This document shows, one piece after another, positions 47,418 to 59,894 of a stretch of DNA of 64,000 nt (its first letter is position 1; every line of letters begins with the position of its first letter). The notes below the pieces were generated by a model. That model had not been told where the DNA came from, did no database searches, and saw nothing but the letters and a program-made list of their open reading frames with translations. This DNA is from Macrostomum hystrix. Lineage: Eukaryota > Animalia > Platyhelminthes. The stretch is from positions 5,828,001 through 5,892,000 of the forward strand of contig CATNEN010000034.1 in the NCBI GenBank assembly GCA_950097015.1. Direction: 5' to 3'. The translations under genes and the position numbers were made by a program.

Positions 47418-50400
47418 TTTGGAGAATGAAATCAGAAGCGAGGGAGGTATCCTGCAGGCGGAACCTATTTATGGATTTCGGGATGATGGTTTTGCGGCTA
47501 ATTTAGCTGCTGTGCTCCCATTGGCCAATGCATTGACGCTCTATTGAGGCAGACAAGCCCAAATTGTTATTTGGCGATACATTCTTATTAAAGCATTATT
47601 TTAGTGGAAGTAGAATCCGAATTCCCATCTTGTTTAACACACAATTAAATTCATATATTAGCCGAAAAGTTGATAGGAAAGCCAAAAAAACTATTTGCTT
47701 TGAACTTGTTCGTCTGTATCCGACTCGGTGTACAAAGAGTAAATGTACTGAGTCTATGCACATCGGAGAAGCACTGTCTCGGACGCATCAAGCACTATTT
47801 TCATTTTCTGAGGTCAGCCAATGTCTGAGAAAAGTTCAAACTCCAATATTATTATTTAAGCTAAGTTTTGATATTGGTTTCTACCCAAGTTGAGTGTCCT
47901 CATCTTTAATCACGTCGCCAAACTATAGATCCTTGAATACTGGATCGGATGTGTAATCCCCCGCTTTACTATAGTATATACGAGCTTCACACAACTTCAC
48001 ACTGCAGGAAGGGTCTCTTGTTTCTTCTTTGCCTGCTTAAAAGCCAGCTTCTCAAAATCCGCTTTAGTTGCATCGTCATCGGCTTATGGGTATCATCTTA
48101 TCATGCTATGTGCTAGCTGTAGAGAGCTGTTAAAATGAGAGACCCGTTGCACTTAGTGCAATTTTACTAAAAGTCCTTTAGAAAAAAAAACTGTGCGATA
48201 GATAGCAGCGTTCTTTAGGCAACGTAAAAAAAGTTACGTTGCCAGCTTAATAAACGGCCTTTATATTCAAATATGATTCCATAGCGATTTGAGATCCGGG
48301 CTCATTTAAGGACTAACTTTTCCTAGTGCATGGTCCTCGCGTTCATTATGAGACGACACTATAAAACCATGTGGGTCGTTAGGATTTCAGGAAATCTGAG
48401 CATAGTCAAATTGTACACCGTATACATGCGAGTATGAAAAATTGTTAGCTATGCCATCTCTTAAGTAGACTGGAAGTCAAATTACGAATTAATCTAATAT
48501 GCCCTCGGAAAAAACCTGCTTGCATCACAAAGCTTTTGTCACAGTTTTCTCAAAAAAGGTCACTCAGCGACCTTGGTGGAATTGGACGCATACTCTTGTC
48601 TGTATACTTGAAGAAATATTTTAATAAAAGAACTTGACACCTGTCTGATAACACCGCTTTGGTGTTCAGTCTTTCGTGAAAGGCGGGAATGCGTCAATTA
48701 CTCCTAGGGGTGCCTCATCCAGTCCTCTCGTGAAGCGCCACGGTGGGACATTGTGACAAATTTCATCGACGGGTTTTAATCAGGTCGTGTTGAGCCGTTG
48801 GTTCGTACTCAAAGTTGACGCGACCCCTCAATGGGAATTACATGTAGATTTACCCAGCTTAAACTCGTCATTCGCTCGCTGAATTTATTGAAGTGCCCAT
48901 GTGATGACGAGATCTTTAAGACAGCAAGCTGGTGGCTAATCCGCTTGTAGACGTTGACAGCAGGTGTTGTACGTGGCCCAAAACAGCCATTGAGTGATGC
49001 CAGCGTCGAGTGAGGATAAGAGAAAGACAGATTTGGAAAGGCCTGGGTGTTAAATAGAAACGAGAGGAGTCTCAGCTGTGACTAAAATTTGGCTTGCTTG
49101 ACAAATCCAAGCCTTCTGATTGCGGAAAGCGTGTCTTCGCGCAGGTGTAACGCAAAATGTTGTTTTAAAATTAGTACCATAGCAGGACTGGTCAACAGAC
49201 TATAAGGAGCAGCACCTGAAACTGAAAATTTGTCAAAATTTTGCACTTGAAATATCTCAAGAAGCTTCTTTTAATTTGAACTAAGAAAATCCAGAGAATC
49301 TAGAATTTCGACTTCAAATTATAATTAGCTCGAGCATTTTTGGAAAGTTTTGGCGTTTCAAAATTGTTTTACTGCAGCGTGCATATTTTTGATGTTGCTC
49401 TTTAGCATCAAAATTCACGTTCTCAAATTCGCAACGGCAGCTAACTTGGCGGCAACCTTGCTTTTAGACGAAATTGAGACCTAATCTTCTCAAACTCACG
49501 GTGGATGGTGGTGCGAGTTCATAACGCGTAGTCGGATGTTCGCCTTCCTCGCGTGACGACCAAATTTGTCTTTGTCTGAGACTGAGCAACTCTCGCGGAC
49601 TTAAGCTATTTCTTGAATATTTTCGATTTCGTTGCGTGCAATCAAGACCATGTCAAATATTACCTCATAGGTATTTTTTATCGCAAAAAGTTGGTTGAGA
49701 CACACCGAGGATTTCCTGTCTCGACGTTATGTCGCTGACTCAATTAGAAAATAGAGTTTTACCAATTTTTTTTAAACTCTATTGCTAATAATTTTCAGAA
49801 TTTAAATTATCGCTCGAAATGTGATGTATTTTTTCATGAAAAATGCGTAGATATTGTTATAAAAAATTACATCGAGGGGATGTAAAACTAGGAGCTGGCC
49901 GACGTTTACATCACGTGGGCCAGCTGCCACAGCCCACGCATTAGACTGGGGCGTGGGCGGCGACGATTGCGAGATTGGACCGCCACCCAAAGCCGGTGCA
50001 AGGCGCAACCGGACCCTCACGCAGCCTAGTTTGAACCCGCATGCGGGCTGCTAGTACCTCAACCAGCCACAAGGGCGTGTAACCAATGGCGCCCTGTGTC
50101 CAACTGGCTGGAATTAATTTGTAGTGGTCGAACGATCAGGTCAGTGCACTTGGCAGCGCGGGATTACGGCAGTGGTATGAAGGTGTCTCGCGGAGCAGGT
50201 GTGCTTGAAGGTCATGTCGTCACAAGAGGCAAGAGGCATCGCGCCAGCCTCACCCTGATACTGACGCCCTCAGAGAGCCAGCTGCTGCCAGACAATCGGG
50301 ATCTGTGGGTCCAGAATTAATCCGTGATTCCTGAGGTGCCTCGCAAGGGCCTCGTTTGTACTCGGTGAAGGGCGCACCCGCGCAAAACTCGTACTCCGAC

Positions 50401-50721
50401 AGCAGAACCCACGGGAGGGCGAAGTTTTCATGACCGTCGATGCAGCAGTATTTCGTTAGCTAGAAATATGCCCTGATGAGTATACCCAGAACTTCCAGTT
50501 GACTCCTAAAATTAGCATTTTAGGGTCATACAGTCATACAAGACAGAGCATATAGGAGTGTAGCAACGTAAACGCATCAACTGAATACGCAAAGTCGGTT
50601 GCAAGGTGCACCAGCGAAGCGGACAAGCAGCCGGGAGGCCGAGACCGTACGACAAGTTTCACTAGCCCTTTTCAGAACATTGGTATGTGGCTGTGTCAAT
50701 GACATCTTGACTAGAAATGAT

Positions 50722-51320
50722 GCAGGGGAGAGATGGGACAGGGGAGAGATGGGACAGGGGAGAGATGGGACAGGGGAGAGATGGGACAGGGGAGAGGTGG
50801 GACAGGGGAGAGATGGGACAGGGGAGAGATGGGACAGGGGAGAGATGGGACAGGGGAGAGATGGGACAGGGGAGAGATGGGACAGGGGAGAGATGGGACA
50901 GGGGAGAGATGGGACAGGGGAGAGATGGGACAGGGGAGAGATGGGACAGGGGAGAGATGTGACAGGGGAGAGATAAGACAGGGGAGAGATGGGACAGGGG
51001 AGAGATGGGACAGGGGAGAGATGGGACAGGGGAGAGATGGGACAGGGGAGAGATGGGACAGGGGAGAGATGGGACAGGGGAGAGATGGGACAGGGGAGAG
51101 ATGGGACAGGGGAGAGATGGGACAGGGGAGAGATGGGACAGGGGAGAGATGGGACAGGGGAGAGATGGGACAGGGGAGAGATGGGACAGGGGAGAGATGG
51201 GACAGGGGAGAGATGGGACAGGGGAGAGATGGGACAGGGGAGAGATGGGACAGGGGAGAGATGGGACAGGGGAGAGATGGGACAGGGGAGAGATGGGACA
51301 GGGGAGAGATAAGACAGGGT
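50722..51320. repeat. 16 bp G-rich minisatellite (GGGGAGAGATGGGACA), ~37 copies
   Basis: Direct periodicity. Confidence 0.96.
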
Positions 51321-54300
51321 AGAGACAAGGAACTCTGAATGCAGTATCTGTACAGATCTATACAGATACTGTATTCAGAGTTCCTTGGTAGAGATGACGG
51401 TCAATAAGAGAAGTGGCGGGGTATTAGAAATTGTCAGAGGGCTGAGAGTAAATATTAATTAGCTTAGCAGGCCGTATCTGTTCTGTCCAGAGTTTAAGAA
51501 TCCCTGATTCAAAGGTGCTAAGCAGAGAAGCCTCCTATATCTTCGAAAGGCCTGCTAATATGAGTATGGATGACATGTTCCTTATTAATTATCCTGCACG
51601 TGGCTACAAATGAAAAAAAACACGAAAATGTGTGACTCCCCCGACCTCCTGGATACTGGATCTTCCACTAATTAATTAGTCAATTTTTGGGTCTTTCACC
51701 AATATCGTCATGCAATCCTCCTAAAATGCAATCAGCTCTAACTAATCCCCTTAATTGATAGTGTTATAAAGCCGCGAACTAAGTCGGTTGCTCGGTGCAC
51801 TCTGATCGCAATGCTGATCCCAGGTATATTCCCAGTGTGTTCTCCTGAATTGTGTTGGTCATTCTTCCTGACAGCAGTTTTCTGAGCGATCTCATCGGGA
51901 CGAAGATTTCTAGAACGGAACTCACATTTAATTTCGTACATACAGAGCTCTAAATGATTTCCAAAGCTCTATTTATTTTTTATTGGTTAAAATCTACTTT
52001 ACCCGGCGTACAATGTGTACAATGTGTCTCGCCCCATTTTGTAAGTGTCTTTTCTAGAAGTCTAGGACCTATATCAACTGCATGCATGGAAATTTTGCAT
52101 CAAGCTTATAAATTAGGAATAGAATCTGCATTGCTGAACTACGGACATTTGGTATGCCCCTTTGTGTGGCTTTTTCTCGTATGCTCGGACTTTGTCTATG
52201 AATTCATATTTGCATTGGCACCACTAATATATAGAATTACCCAGTATTATACTGGTAAGGTTTTTTCGGAATTCCAATGCTACAAATGACAATCGCAGAA
52301 CTCCTGATCGAAGCTCTTTAAATTTTGTCGGACGACATCCAAAGGGAATTAAGAACACGCGGTAATGCAGTGCAAATATTTATGGCCCATTGGTGCAAGT
52401 GACATTCTATGATTCTATAGTACGCATAGTGCATAAAAAATTGTACAGCTGTTTCATTTTGGATTGCTTCAAACACTTATGTTGCTGCCTGGTGCCTAGA
52501 TGCATGCATGAATTATGAGCAACATTAATGACTTCTTGCAGGCTGAATTTTTTCATCAACAGTGAGCAACGATTATTTGAACATCAATTATTCGTTCTTT
52601 TTTTATCTCAAAGTTTGAGATTACAGCACTTCAAGAGGCTTGCAAATCGCTTAATAGTGTAAGGGTGTCGGCGAGGTTGGGTGACAGTATGAGAGAAACA
52701 GCCAATCACGAGAGGAGGAGGTGATAGTAGAACACGACTGAACTGGTGCACACCATAAATTAAGGATCACTATAAAGCTATGGCTACTGAAAGTAGAGGA
52801 CATCATTCACAATATGAGACTTAAAGAATAGGGATATATATTAGTGCAGTAGTTGCTTAGAGCCTTTGGACTTTTCTGACCGCAGGTTCATGAGTTCGAA
52901 TCTCAGCTAGCCCGAGGGAAACAATTAGCTTTCTTCCTTAAGAAAAACAAATTTTCGTTAAATTTTCTCATATATCTTTGCGTGTTAGTTATTATTTGTA
53001 GACCGCGAGTTAATATAGTCCTGTCTATGTGAGACAAACCTCCCAGCAGCCTGTTTACTTTGAAAGTTCAGGACAGTAAAAAAGAGCATCCGCAGAATTG
53101 TGCACTGCATTTGGATGAGTCACGCAAAATGTGCGACTGCACTGCGTCACTGGCTGCGCATCCATAAATTTCATGTACCGTTGCCTGCCCGAAACAGATG
53201 TTAATCACTGCCATACTGCAACTTTTAGGCAATATGCGAACTTTCGGTTTTATCCTCAACTCCTCTAAGTTGTTACCAGAGGAATTCTCGTTCTTTATCG
53301 ACGATCCGCGCGCCAATCCTCGCGGATTTAATTTTGCGTTGTGCAACGCGGCCCATTGAAGGCGCAGTGATTCGCCGACCTGCTGCTGACTGATGCCGAC
53401 ATGATCTTTGAGCTTCGCGATCATTACGGCTTTATCAGCTCTAATTATGCATGAGTAAATAAAAGGTACAATGCAACAGCCACATGCATTAGTGCGTTGC
53501 GCTTGTTTAACGTGATAGAACCCGATCTAGCTACAACTAGTAAAGTTTTTTTAGATACCTAAAGTGAGATACAGAGAACTGTTAAATAGAAATACAGGAA
53601 AACGGTGGCGCTCAAATCCGGTGCACAGACGACGTCAAGAATGATGATTACAGCTTCGATTTGTGTATATTGTAAATAAAAACAAAAAGGTAGAGTAAAA
53701 ATCTATCTTTCATAATTTTTGTTACTTTGCGTAGATCTTAATTTTTATCTTCCAATGTAATTTGTTTAAACAAGTAGCAATAAGTCGAGCGATACCGCTT
53801 TTTAAAACTATAAAAGTTTGAATTGAAATTCGGTCATGCACGATCGACAGTAAGTAATAGTGTCTTTAAGCATTTGAATGCGATAATAGATCGGTAGGCC
53901 TAATGTCGGAACTTAAAAGTCTAGAAAATATTTATTTTCAACATAACTCTATTTTTCTAACTAGCCTGCAAAATTAGCAAACCTTTTCGCCGGCTTCATT
54001 CATTCGTTCGATTTTTTGATCGGGCTAACTCTAAAAGGAATTATAGTTTCATTGTCTAGCATGAACTATAAATGTGCAGTAAATGATATTAACAAGCAGA
54101 TTTCTTTATTTTACAATTTAGTTTTTTCTACCATATAAATTGTGTTTTTTAGTTTCTTATATTCATCTATGGCTATAGCTTCTCTGTGCAGAAACTGTGC
54201 AGTTACAATACAATTTTCCTGTGTGCACTACGTGATTTGTTATGATATAAGCAAAAAGTCAGATAGGCCTATATTATATGTAAACAATTAGAATACATCT

Positions 54301-55044
54301 TTTGTATATTAGTAGGTAGCTAGAGAAAAATTGACTAGACTTTGGTAGTTTTTGCAGTCTAATTTTTTACTATAAATAAAAATTACTTATGATTTCAAAT
54401 TTAATGTCAATGTTTAAAAACAAAACAGAAATCAAAATCAAAGTGAACTTTCTTTCCCCACAAGCCACAAGAATAAAACAAAGAAGCTTATTTGTATTCT
54501 TGAAATAAGTTGATGAAATTAGATGCTAATTTATTTATCAGCACAACAACATTTTTGTATTCTTTCATTGTGCATTTGTCTCTATTGTACACATCTGTCA
54601 ACCAATTGTTGGGTTTGCATTGTATGTCATTGTCCAATAAAATATAGATAGTCTTTTAATGTTTATGCGGACAGGTTCATTTAATTGGGCTCTTGAGTTA
54701 TAGTTAAAATTAGCAACTAGCAGGGTATTTGCAAATCTAGTCAGATTAAAGTCAACTCTGTCATTGTAAAGCCCTTACATGACTTTCAAAAACTTTTTGG
54801 GCATTTGCAAAGTTAAGTTGGATTGTTTGTGTTAGATATGCCATTGTATAGTTCTATGTATGATATTTGTGCCTAGTATAATGCTATCACAGGTTCTCAT
54901 ATATTATCAGAATTAAATAAATTTCTATCTGTTCTGCCAAATGTAAATCAAATGGCCACACCTTTGCAGAACTTTTTAATAACAATTGCGGGAGGGCGGT
55001 AGGCATTAACATATCATTTGGTGACAGTAGCTAGACCTGCTACC

Positions 55045-55312
55045 AGCAAGGAAGAAATTGGGCCCTTTGCTGACTCCTGAGCATACACTCAGATACTGTA
55101 CAAAAGCACACAGGTGTGTACATCTGCACTTTCTCATTGTCAGGCAGTGTACACTTTCACTGTGCCTTGGAGGTTGGCCCTGAAGATCAGAAATTGCATG
55201 TCAAGCCTCTTAAGGCTTATCTTGGCAACAGTGTCCTAATTTAATTTGGCCTTGCCACAAAATTAAGCTTAGGGACCTTGGTGCAAAAGGCAGATGTGTT
55301 AACCACTCTGCC
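55045..55312 (-). mobile_element. tRNA-derived SINE family 1, degenerate copy
   Basis: Reverse complement of the body (CTGACTCCTGAGC, GTCAGGCAGTG, GCCTTGGAGGTTGGCCCT) and head. Confidence 0.7.
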
Positions 55313-58300
55313 AATCATCCTATTGCAGAACTTTACTTTTTTTAAATAAAAATTTATTAAATTAATTTTTTGCTTAGACCAATTTACTATTTAAATATAT
55401 GATGTATAAATAATACAACTAAATGGCTGTTATTATTATTATTATTATTAAGTCAATGGTAACAATGCCAATATTGAGTGCACATTCTTTATGATGAGAG
55501 TAAAAATGTGTTTTTTAACTTATTAATTGTGTTATGACAGTAAAATCTTAAGCATTCTTGTTGGATCCTAAATAACAATGATGAACATAAATTTAAGCTT
55601 GTATTGAAAGTTGTCATGAGTAAATAAGGATAGCTTCTGTTTAGCTTCTGTTGGAATATCTTAGTGTATATTTAAGCAGAAAATGAAGTTTGTAGTTATC
55701 AAGACAGGTTCATAAATATATATTGTATCATTGTTGCAGTTTGTTGAATCAAATGTTCATTTCTTGTCTAGATATTAGACAAATTTTGTGCATAAAAATT
55801 TAATAATTGGTTTAAGTTGTGTGAGGGCTACATATTCTATTAAATAAGATTGTACACTGATTGATACCACTATGCATTAAGTTGTTCATTAATTCTGAGT
55901 ATCTATGAATTGACATAGACACATTAGGGTTTAAGCAAGTCCAACTGATACTGGTGAGTAATTTTAGAATGGTGTTTCTTGACAGTTGCAACAAACATTG
56001 CACTATATGTGGCAGTTTTGTATAACAGAGGTCTCCAGCTATTTTGTGTGTTTATTTGTTCTTAAAATGAACTTCCAGGTTAAAATAGTTTTGCTTAGCT
56101 ATGCTTTGTTGAATCAGTTATAATAGGAGTAGAGATATATTTTTGTTCTATTTCTATTCTTTCAAACACATTTTCAGAAAGGAATTTGTGTTTCTTATTT
56201 ACTATATTTTGTCTTGCTTTCAATCCGGTGCATAGTCCCAGATTTGTCTGGCTTCTTTCAAATGTGCATCCAGCTACTATTTCTACTAACTACTAAACTA
56301 TTAAACTCGCCTTTGTCAATATTTTTCTTCAATTACATGGACCGTGATAATTACATGCTGCCAGAATTGCCATTACACAAATCACACATCCCATCTATTT
56401 AATATTATAGAGGCTAGCTGTGGCTCAGCTGGCCATTACTACTCAGTCTCCAGTTGGCTAGATGCTTAGCAATCATATCTTCTCTTTGATTACAGCTTAG
56501 CTGTTTTATCCTGCAGCGGAAGCGTCATCCATTGGGCTAATTAATCTTCTGCTCCCCTCATTTCCTCGTCCAAGGGCTTAAGATCTACTGTGAATTTTAA
56601 TAATACGTTCTGATGCGTCGAATTTTATCTACCTTTTTTATTTAGCCACCTGGTGACTCCGGTTTAAAGTATAATTGAGATCTTGCTGCTTACTCACTCT
56701 TAAACACGTGATTAAGGTGATTTTTCACTCCCCCTAGTGACGCAGCTCTCATTGCTACTACTGCTGCCTTCTCATTGCTAAAATGGTTTCCCAGAATAAA
56801 GCGCGGTAGAAATACTAATTCTCTTTTTTTAGCCTCTCCCTCTCTTCCTCTCTGTATATTTTTTTACCGATTATGTATGACGTTAGTGCCCCAATCTACC
56901 TTTCCCCGGTCCAATAGCGCATAATCTGGCATCAGCATCAGATGCACAGTGAAGGGGGGTTGGCTGCCGTGTATGGGCTCAGCAGCCAGCGGGATTGGCG
57001 GTCCTGTGAACACTGTCCTGCAGTGTTTCCAATCGCAAAGCAGCGTGAGGAGTCTGCTACTTTGCTTTGAAAATAAAATGGAAAATAGTTAAAACGCAGT
57101 TGTAGTTGCGTGTGTGTGTGTGTGCTTCTCTTTCCTTTTTGGCATTTTTTTCTCCGTTTCTGTCAGCGTGACGCATTTCTGCTTACCGTCTCCACGCCAA
57201 CTGTTTGAATGTAAGTTGAAATTGGGATTGATGGCCGACAAGTACTAGTGCTTATCCGCCTTGCCCAACATTATTTTATGTTATATGCATTCCTGCGATG
57301 CTAAGTGTAGATTAGGTCTCCATTGAGAATTTCTTTAAGCTATGCTCTGTCCTAATCTGTCTTATACAGATCGTATATCATCCGATCAATCTAGTCATGC
57401 GTCTAAAGATAATATAATTGTGTAATATGGTTTGCTCCATGGATACTTACATAGATATGTATAATAATAAATCAATTATTCAAAGTCACTTACACAATTA
57501 CTAGGCAGCGTTCAGTAGAGTAGAATATTATGCATACTATGAAAATTCTATGCAATCTTCATCCGAGATTAAAACACCTTGCGTCATTTAATTTTCTTAA
57601 GTAACAAAATCTAGTATCCTAAAATAGAATGTCTAGAAAAAAGTGTTTTTCCCGTTTGGGATTTAGGAGGATGGGAAGTTGCTCAATTCGAGCAGGCCTC
57701 CAAAATTTCAGGCTAGATTAGGTAGCTTCAACTATTTGTTTGATTAGCCGCCCTAACCCCCCCCCCTATGAAGCTGGATAAGCCGCCTCTGAAATATCAA
57801 ACTAAGCCGACTGCTTATTAAGTATAAAGCGACAGGTAGACTATTAAAGGTGCAAATCTCTAATCCTGAGCTTCTCGCGTCAATCCCTTTGCGTCCGTCT
57901 CAAACGAAATCCATGTATGGGAGGCGCTCGCTTGTGTTCCCTTTCCGTCCGGGCACCCAGCCCAAACCGCCTGTCTCCGGGTCCTTGCCGCCAATCTTGT
58001 TCAATATTTCTACGCGGCGCAACTTGAGGCCATTTTCCTACTCTTAAATTCCCTGAATTTCCTGTCCCGCCCTATCTTGCCTTCATCAACAGAGAGTCCC
58101 TTCTTCTCTTCCTCTTCTCGCCTTTGAAGCAGAGCAGGATGGCTTTTAATCACTTTCACTGTTGGCAATGTCCACAGCTCTATCAATGTTCTTTCCTGCT
58201 CATCTGTGATTGCCAAGTGGAAAGGGGAAATTATCCTACCCGCATCGCTAGTACCAGCCTCCTGTTTCAATTTTTAGCTCATTTATTGCTGTTGTTGCTG

Positions 58301-58814
58301 AACGGTCCCCGTTTCTTCTTATTTAATTTTAAGTGATTTCAAATTCTTCCCGCTCTGTCATTTGCTGTATTTCTTTTAATTATGCTGTAGGCTTGATTTC
58401 TTTAATCCTTTTGCTAATTCGAGTCTTCTTTTAAAATAGTCATTGTCATTCCTTCGCGTATTTGCTTAAAAACGTGGTCGTTTTCTTTAAAACAGGATAT
58501 AATAGATTATTAAATGGAATGCTACCTGTGCATACAGAAGAATATTGCAAACATACATGTAGTTTTTCTACGCTGATAAAGTCATGTACACTGCCAGACG
58601 ATGAGAAATCCTGAGTATGTTTACTATCGTAGTGGACTACCTTGCTTACGCAACCCAATTCGTCTGACAATTTATTTTTCAGCTTTCGCTAACAAAACAA
58701 CACGATCTCAGATGCTTCACTGATAAGTATAATTGTGCGCCAATTAATTCGTCACAGCTATTGCTAAGGTCCTTCCTGTACAAAGATACATTTTAGTTCA
58801 AGAAAACAAACGGA

Positions 58815-59082
58815 ATGAATTATCCGCCAATAGACGTTAAACGTGAGGCCGAAGAAGTTGACGACTATATCAATGATGACAACTCCGTCACCGCCAGCGC
58901 CAGCCGGGGCAACAAAGGCCCAGCTGTTGCTAGGAAGAAGCAGAAGCTAAAGGAGCCAGTCGATATGGGCGTTATGTCCGAGAATCAGATCTGCGTTGTG
59001 TGCGGCGACTACGCTTCCGGCTTTCACTATTCGGCCCTGACCTGCGAGGCTTGCAAAAGCTTTTTTAAGCGCACCGTTCAGG
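58815..59082 (+). CDS. Nuclear receptor, N-terminal exon with first zinc finger (NR3/ERR-like); no further exon recognised in the window
   Basis: [31 protein letters not shown] followed by the phase-1 donor G|GTGAGC. Confidence 0.85.
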
Positions 59083-59194
59083 GTGAGCAGTGGTTGGGGC
59101 CATAATCAGGGACCATAATCAGTTTAACCAACTTTTAGTATTTTCCTCATCTCAGGTGATACGAAGATATACATTACATATATATACATAACGC

Positions 59195-59290
59195 CTATTT
59201 GAAATCAGTAAACTAAAGCACTTGGGAGTTAAATGTCTTGTCCAAGGACACAAATTGTCTCCGTTGGACTGAGATTTAAAATCCCGAAAT
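59195..59290 (-). mobile_element. SINE family 2 fragment
   Basis: Reverse complement ACAATTTGTGTCCTTGGACAAGACATTTAACTC matches the family 2 body. Confidence 0.55.
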
Positions 59291-59894
59291 CTCCTTTGTA
59301 GCCTCTTATTTTAATTGGCTGCTAAATTTGTATCAGTCCTACAAAAGTGCACACTATATTGTAAGTGTAATGTCTAATATTCTATTCAAAAGAAAGGCAA
59401 TGAGCTCCTCAGTGATTATTCCTCCTCTTTAAATCCCAGTGGGCTCCAACCTTCAAAATCTCTCAGATACTCGGATGTTGAAATTTCTGCTTGGCAGAGT
59501 GGAATAGTCACAAGATAGCTATTCCTTGTCACGCAAATGTCGACTGATGAGAGCGTGTCACGCGCTTATTTCCCAGTCTCAGTTGGTCATATTCAAAACC
59601 AATTTTCATAATTCTCCTGTAAAATAGGCTTGCACTTTATAAAAAACTACCAGCCATCTGGCATCTACCCTTATCTCCGTCTGCAGATAAGCATGAGTAC
59701 ACGTGCTCCGGAAACTTTGACTGCTCTGTTAGCAAGTCGATGCGCAAGTCGTGCCAGTATTGCCGCTTTCAGAAGTGTCTGGTTAATGGCATGCTGCCTC
59801 AGGGTAAGAGTCTGCGCTCTTTTTAATATTATTTTCGATATGATTGTATACAATTTTTAATATGACGTGTGATTCACATCTTTTAGATTCTTAT

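Noticed and set aside
48640-49060. Structured ncRNA (RNase P/MRP/SRP-like) in a GC-balanced segment
   Set aside because: None of the diagnostic conserved motifs could be identified on either strand.
57843-58470. Kolobok-like DNA transposon (TTAAAGG start) and ORF 58010-58270
   Set aside because: No matching inverted terminus found and no recognisable protein motif.
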